A DNA stretch of 64,000 nt from Ranitomeya imitator (lineage: Eukaryota): the NCBI RefSeq assembly GCF_032444005.1, contig NC_091288.1, forward strand, positions 201,934,001 through 201,998,000, written 5' to 3'. A model generated the notes under the pieces. That model was not told the origin of the DNA. It saw only the letters and a program-made list of their open reading frames with translations, and ran no database searches. The position numbers were made by a program, and so were the translations under genes. Of this stretch, positions 56,901-64,000 are shown piece by piece (position 1 is the stretch's first letter; every line of letters begins with the position of its first letter).

Positions 56901-58011
56901 CGACTAAGGAGTTAAATGGAGGCGGATATTCCTGTATCTGGGATTGGTCGGCGCCTGCGGATGTCTCTCGCTCATTGGCTGATTACAGATCCGTTGATGG
57001 TTTTGAATTTCCCGCTCAATATCTGTTCTTTGTCCGTCGGATTATTACCGGCCCCTCTGCTGGAGCGGCGATCGCCGATAATACCGGGTCCTGTCCTCCC
57101 AGCTGTCTGCCCCCAAACACGGGGATCGGTTTGCTTATCGGTTGCCATTAATATTCTGGGGAGGTTATAATAGTCTTCAGAGGCGCCTTCCATCCGAAAC
57201 ATTAGTGTCCAGGACGTGGTCATCACATAGGAGTCTCCGTACCCGGTACACAGGGCGTCCGTCTATCCAGCTGCCTCAGACAGCCACATTCCCTGTGAAT
57301 ATTCGCTGCCCCCTGTTCAGTATAACATCAAGTAGCAGAATCAACACATTCATCTCACGGCAGGACTGTAGTAACCGCATCACTCCGGGGTTTGTACTGT
57401 GTGCATAGAGGGGCCTCCGGGAGGCAGTGTGCGGATATATCCCCCATAAATCTGTGAGGTTTGAGATCAATAAGAAGAAACCGCATCACCCGAAGTTTGC
57501 GGTGCCGGCTCTAGTATGGAAAGACGGGGAGGAAAATAAGAGGGGAGAGTATAGAAGACACGTCCCAGGCTGTGACCGATACTACAGGCAGCCGCACGGG
57601 GGATATTGTGCCCTGCAGAGACGCTGCGCCCGATACTAATCAGCGCCCAATAAAAGCAGGATCTTAGGACAACATCTTAACAGATTTAGAAAACGCCGGG
57701 AGTTGCTCCGTTATTAGAGCTGTAGAGGGATCTGCTTGGGAAAACCAGGTTAGTCTTTCTAGGTCAAAATATTGGAAAAGACCCTAGTCCCAGATCACAC
57801 ACTGCGGGCACATCCCAGAATCTGGATAATGCGGTTTCATTCCTTCGACCGGGAACCCACAGCATTAGTGGCTCAGTAAAGGTTCTAAACGATATATTAA
57901 CTTTATAACCACCAGGAACCAGAGCGCAGGAATAGGAAGGTGCAGCCTCTCACTGAGATGTGGGTGGCTCTGAAAAGAGCCTTTGGGTTGTGAAGACAGA
58001 AGAGAACACAA

Positions 58012-58332
<321 letters not shown>

Positions 58333-59513
58333 TCAGTGAGCAAAAACTGATTCCTGGACAGCACGGACTGCTCCTTTATATGGAGGAAGAATGGACCAGA
58401 GAGAGAACTGCAGAGATGACGCACTTCCGGGACGGGTCTTCCAGAATCTACATTTGCCCCTCCCTTCCTCTGCTGATTGGCTGACCACAGAACTGTTGGG
58501 ACGTTTGAGTTTCCCGCTCATTGGTCATATTCTGCAATTATCTTCCCAGCTTGTATTTTATGCAATTTCTTTCCCTTGTGACTAAAGATATCCCACATAT
58601 TTTCATCACCGTTCCAGATCATCGTGGTTCATACCATCCACAATGTATGATGCCCCCACTTATCCCGCACACAGTATGCTGCCCCCAAAGTTATCCTCCA
58701 CATAGTATGATGCCCCCTACACAGCAAGATAACCACACAGTAGGATGCCCCCACAGTTACTGTTTAAGGGTATGATATCCCCAGTTACTCCGAAAACAGT
58801 ATGATGCCCTAAGTTACCCCCCCCCCCCCCCCAACACACACACAGGAAATATGATGCACCCACAGTTACACCCTATACAATGTGATACCCCCAGAGCGAC
58901 CCATCCTCAGTGTAATGTAATGATTAACAATTGTTCATGTTATGGTGAAAGTCTTCCATTAATGGAGATTTGGAAGGGTGAAAGAAGCAAGAGAAATTAG
59001 AAGAGATATTTCATCAGATCAACATCTGGTGATTAAATGTTCATTTTTGCCATTACCTCATGTACAAATCACAAACCAGAGAGACACATTTTTATGCAGT
59101 TTTTTATATATCATGTTATGCTTTAGTAATGCAAAATCACATGACTGGGCCTTTAATTGTAAAGTACAAATTATTAGGGTTTTTTTTGCTTCTTTTTCAT
59201 TGTTTGTCTTAATGTGAAAACTGTACTGGCAGCAAAAGGGTTAAAAAACCAGTGTAACAGAAAAATGATCCCTACTACATTGCCCTCTATAGTGCCAGAG
59301 GCATTTACTCTCTTACAACCAGGACTTACTTCTTAGGCGTTAGGGCAGTGAACCCATTAAATGCTGCAGGTCAGTTACTGAGTAGCTGTATGATGGCTCC
59401 TGGGTCCCAGTAGGGCACTGTATGAAATACCAGGTCGGATCCACTGCCAATTACAGCACAAAGCCATTTTTGGCAGTGAAATCTGATTAAGAAAAGTCCC
59501 TTCAACATCCACA

Positions 59514-60049
59514 CCAGTAGCAATATGCATCGTGCATCCCCCCATAAAGTGGTTTTGACGTCCTGCAGCAGTGACAGGGGAGTCTAGCGAAGATAATCGC
59601 TGTTTTTCGGCAAGGAACATTCCATGTTATCCAAATCAATTTTCTTTATGACCCCAGTGGCCCATTCTGGTGGGCGCTCCTGCCGGCCCCAACAACGTCC
59701 CCGCCTGCCATTTGCGTTTCTTTTATCGTGTGCTCCAGCCAGTCTCTTCCATGCTGTTCGGAGGGATCAGTGTCCCCATTGCAGTTTGGGCTACACAGCG
59801 AGAAGGATTTCACAAGCCTTTAATGCCACTGGCCGGTCACAGTCACACAGACAAGTCAATAAGGCCGGAAAAAGCCCGACTCTTTCACATGTAACCAGAG
59901 CGTCGGAGATGGAACCTGAGCTTCTGCTAGATGGCAGCCCTATAGTGTAAGGGCACGTTAGGGACGGCCCCATCTCCAATATTTGTGACATATACACATA
60001 TAGGAATCCTTAGCCAAACAGTAAACACCTTTACCAAAGTCACGGTTTG
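59514..60049 (-). pseudogene. BRAT1: BRAT1 C-terminal fragment, decayed
   Basis: Copy in unit 3. Confidence 0.88.
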
Positions 60050-61040
60050 TTTAGAAGTCCGACAGCCGAGCAGGTGCGTTTGGAGGTCTGGCAGCAGGGC
60101 AGCGCATTTCGAGATCCAACAGCTGTGGAGGTGCGTTTCAAGATCCGACAGCCAACGAAGAGTATTTCGATGTCCGACAGCCGGGTAGATGTGCTTCGAG
60201 GTCCAGCAGCCGCGGCGGAGTGATTCGAGGTCCTGTCACGTAGATATATATCCAGTTAGTGCAGTGTACGGGGGAACACAGGTGTTGGTTCTGCCCCGTA
60301 TATATATATTTACAGTGTATACATTGTTTGCGGTGTATAGGGAACACAGCGCTACCGGGGCCTGGGGTGAAGGTGCCGCATCTTTGGATACTCTGATGAG
60401 AGATCAGCTGGAACACGGAAAATAAGAAGTTAAATGGAGGAGACACGTCTGTGTACCTGATGTACGTAGATGTCTCTCCTCCATTTAACGTCCTATTTTC
60501 AAGGCTGAGCTTTCCCAAGGCTGCCCGCTCATTGTCTTATCACATGATCCTTTGGGGGATTTGAGTTTCCCGCTCATAATCTCTGGAGGATTATTACCGG
60601 TCACTGCCGATAGCGGAGATCACAATCCGGTCACACCCGGAACAGCGCGGAGTCCTGTCCTCCAGAGCCGCCGCACACGGGATCGTCCTCCGAGAGAAGG
60701 CGCCGTCACTGATGTGGAGGAGAATCACCCGCCCGGTCCCCTTACTGCGGGACCTGCTAACTACATGTAGACCTCAGCGCGGAGTATCAGACACTAATGA
60801 GGGGACATTTCCTGCGAGCTTGGCAGACGACACTCCCACCTGAGGGGTCTGAGACTTCATGTGGGATTGACCCATTCATCTCCTATTATTCTGTGGATAT
60901 GTGCACCAACAATGGCGGCAATGGTGTATGTACCATCAGCCTCATGTGAGGACCCCGAGATAGGCGGCGCCGGCTCTTGTGGTGACGGTGTGGGTGGCTC
61001 TTAGAAGAGCCTTTGGTTTTGTAGAGATTGGCGGCAGCGC

Positions 61041-61457
<417 letters not shown>

Positions 61458-62010
61458 CTAAAGACAGAAAATCGTGTGGAGAAGAGACTGTGCTGTGTGG
61501 CCTTATATAGTCTGCTGCTCCGCCCTCCTCTCCTGTCATTGGATGACTCTGAAGCTGGCCAATGGGGAAGAGTCTTGAGGAACCGCCAATGAGCTGCCGA
61601 GGGCGGAGCTTATTATTGCTCCTTGCTCAAATTAGTTTCTCACCCAATAGAAAACGTTCGCTTTGGACCGAATAGATAAGGGGTGAAAACAGATATTTGT
61701 CTTGGAGCAGAAGGAAGTGCAGAAATATTCTGTTGATTTGTAGTTTGCACTTGTTGAATTTGTGTCTACTATCAGCCATAAATTGCACTGACAGTCTGGT
61801 GGGTGAGGGGTTAATCCCTGTCAGTGCTTCTCCTCCGCTCCATCTGCACAGGAGGCGGCTCCTCACTCACCCGCTTATTACCCTGTGCAGATTCCCTGTG
61901 GTGTCCGCGCTGATCCTATCACAGCCTGACTGAGACAAGTCTCCTATGTTCTGCCCGGAGCCTGATGTGACGCTGCCGGGTCCCGGGTGGGGGAAGTCGC
62001 CGCTTCTGTA

Positions 62011-62352
62011 TTGTATGATACAATATTGTTCTGCTCCAGGAAGACATCCAGGCCTCTCTTGAACCCCTCGACTGAGTTCGCCATCACCACCTCCTCAGGC
62101 AAGCAATTCCAGATTCTCACCGCCCTAACAGTAAAGAATCCTCTTCTATGTTGGTGGAAAAACCTTCTCTCCTCCAGACGCAAAGAATGCCCCCTTGTGC
62201 CCGTGGCCTTGGTATAAACCTTGGTATAAACAGATCCTCAGCGAGATATTTCTATTGTCCCCTTATATACTTATACATGGTTATTAGATCGCCCCTCAGT
62301 CGTCTTTTTCTAGACTAAATAATCCTAATTTCGCTAATCTATCTGGGTATTG
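62011..62352 (-). mobile_element. CR1-family LINE fragment
   Basis: Copy of 722-1063, with an extra 18-bp duplication at its 5' junction. Confidence 0.88.
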
Positions 62353-63288
62353 TAGTTCTCAATAGAATTGTAGTTCTCAATACCCAGATAGTGGTAATGT
62401 TCTGAGCAGGGACACTCCGCAATCTTCTACACATGATCGTACATTTCCCATCACAGAGGGATCTGCTGGGAAGGGCAGAATTGGTCTTCCCTGAAATGTC
62501 TCTTGTAGGATACGTCCCTGACCAGTATATCGTCTGCACAGTACTGATTGTGACGGGAAAGGGACGATCTGATCGTCTCCAGGTCAGGCACACGGGCACA
62601 TCACAGCATGTGGAGAACACGAATCAGTCTCTATATCTATGAGTGGAAACAGGAGCGAATACTGCACCGCTAACCTGGAAATCTGCAGACTCCTGTGTGG
62701 GATGTAAGAGAGCAATGATCGCTCAACACAAGCAGATTTCCCGATATCGGTCCTGGGAGCACGTGTCATATGAAGACAAAGGACGGAAAAAAGCGGGAAC
62801 TTTAAACTTTTTACCATTGGAAACATTAGCTCCTCCCTCTGCTGATTGGCTGAACACAGGACGGTTAGGGGGGTTTGAATTTCCCGCCGCTTCTAAATGT
62901 AATGACGTCATTTACACTGTAAAAAGAATTCAATTAGGCTCTAGATCAACTCCACCGACCACCACAAATGGCTCCTGTTAACGGAGAAAGGAGAGTAATG
63001 AACGAGACCCCAGAATGCCGAGATCTGTGCAGCAAGGGGTTAAATAAGTCCCTGAATACACATCAACTCACTGAGCAATGCCCAGATTATTCCTGAGGTT
63101 TTCTCACTATCTCCCTCGTCATCAGACGCAGAGCCCCGGGCGGTGCGAGCAGACACCTCGGGGAGACGGGAGAGGACACCGGAGCAGTGTGGGTGGCTCT
63201 TATAGTGAGGGTGTAGGTGGCTCTTATAGGGAGGGTGTGGGTGGCTCTTAGAAGAGCCTTTGGGGTGAGGAGCGGAGCACGGANNNNN

Positions 63289-63765
<477 letters not shown>

Positions 63766-64000
63766 TCAGACCGCCGTGCTATTGGGTGATGAAGTCATGT
63801 GACCAACGGGAACGTCAGACGCTCCGCCCACTGCAGCTGATTGGTGGTTCTCCAACTGATATTTCGCTTTTCAGCACCCTCCATATAGCGCTGTAAAACA
63901 CGTATAATGCTGAATACATCTAAATAGTGCTGTGAAGCGCCATATACCGCAGTGCACCCTCATATAGTGCTCTATGTGTTAATGTAGCTCTGTTTACCCT

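Overview
This is a vertebrate replication-dependent histone gene array, most likely anuran (frog), judged from Xenopus-like H2B and H1 sequences. It holds three complete tandem units of 20,717, 20,693 and 19,879 bp (H2A start to H2A start) plus partial flanking units. All intact genes lie on the minus strand in the transcriptional order H2B-H2A-H4b-H1-H3.2-H4a, giving two H4 genes and one of each other histone per unit. Most of each H2B CDS is hidden by an identical 285-nt N run. The spacers contain: (i) a decayed fragment of the BRAT1 C-terminus, preceded by seven 29-bp repeats and an E2F/CHR promoter-like module; (ii) a 36-bp minisatellite that is an amplified copy of the H1 3' processing signal (stem-loop 3' arm plus U7-binding HDE), with about 43, 43 and 23 copies behind the three H1 genes; (iii) an inverted 'ghost' H1 locus that keeps both flanks but no CDS; (iv) 2-2.7 kb inverted repeats around H4a-H3-H1; (v) seven E2F/CHR 14-mers per unit, five of them not at a histone promoter; (vi) two H3 remnants and a CR1 LINE fragment. 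H1 is frameshifted near its C-terminus in units 1 and 2 and intact in unit 3. All homology calls were made by eye against remembered sequences; no database search was run.
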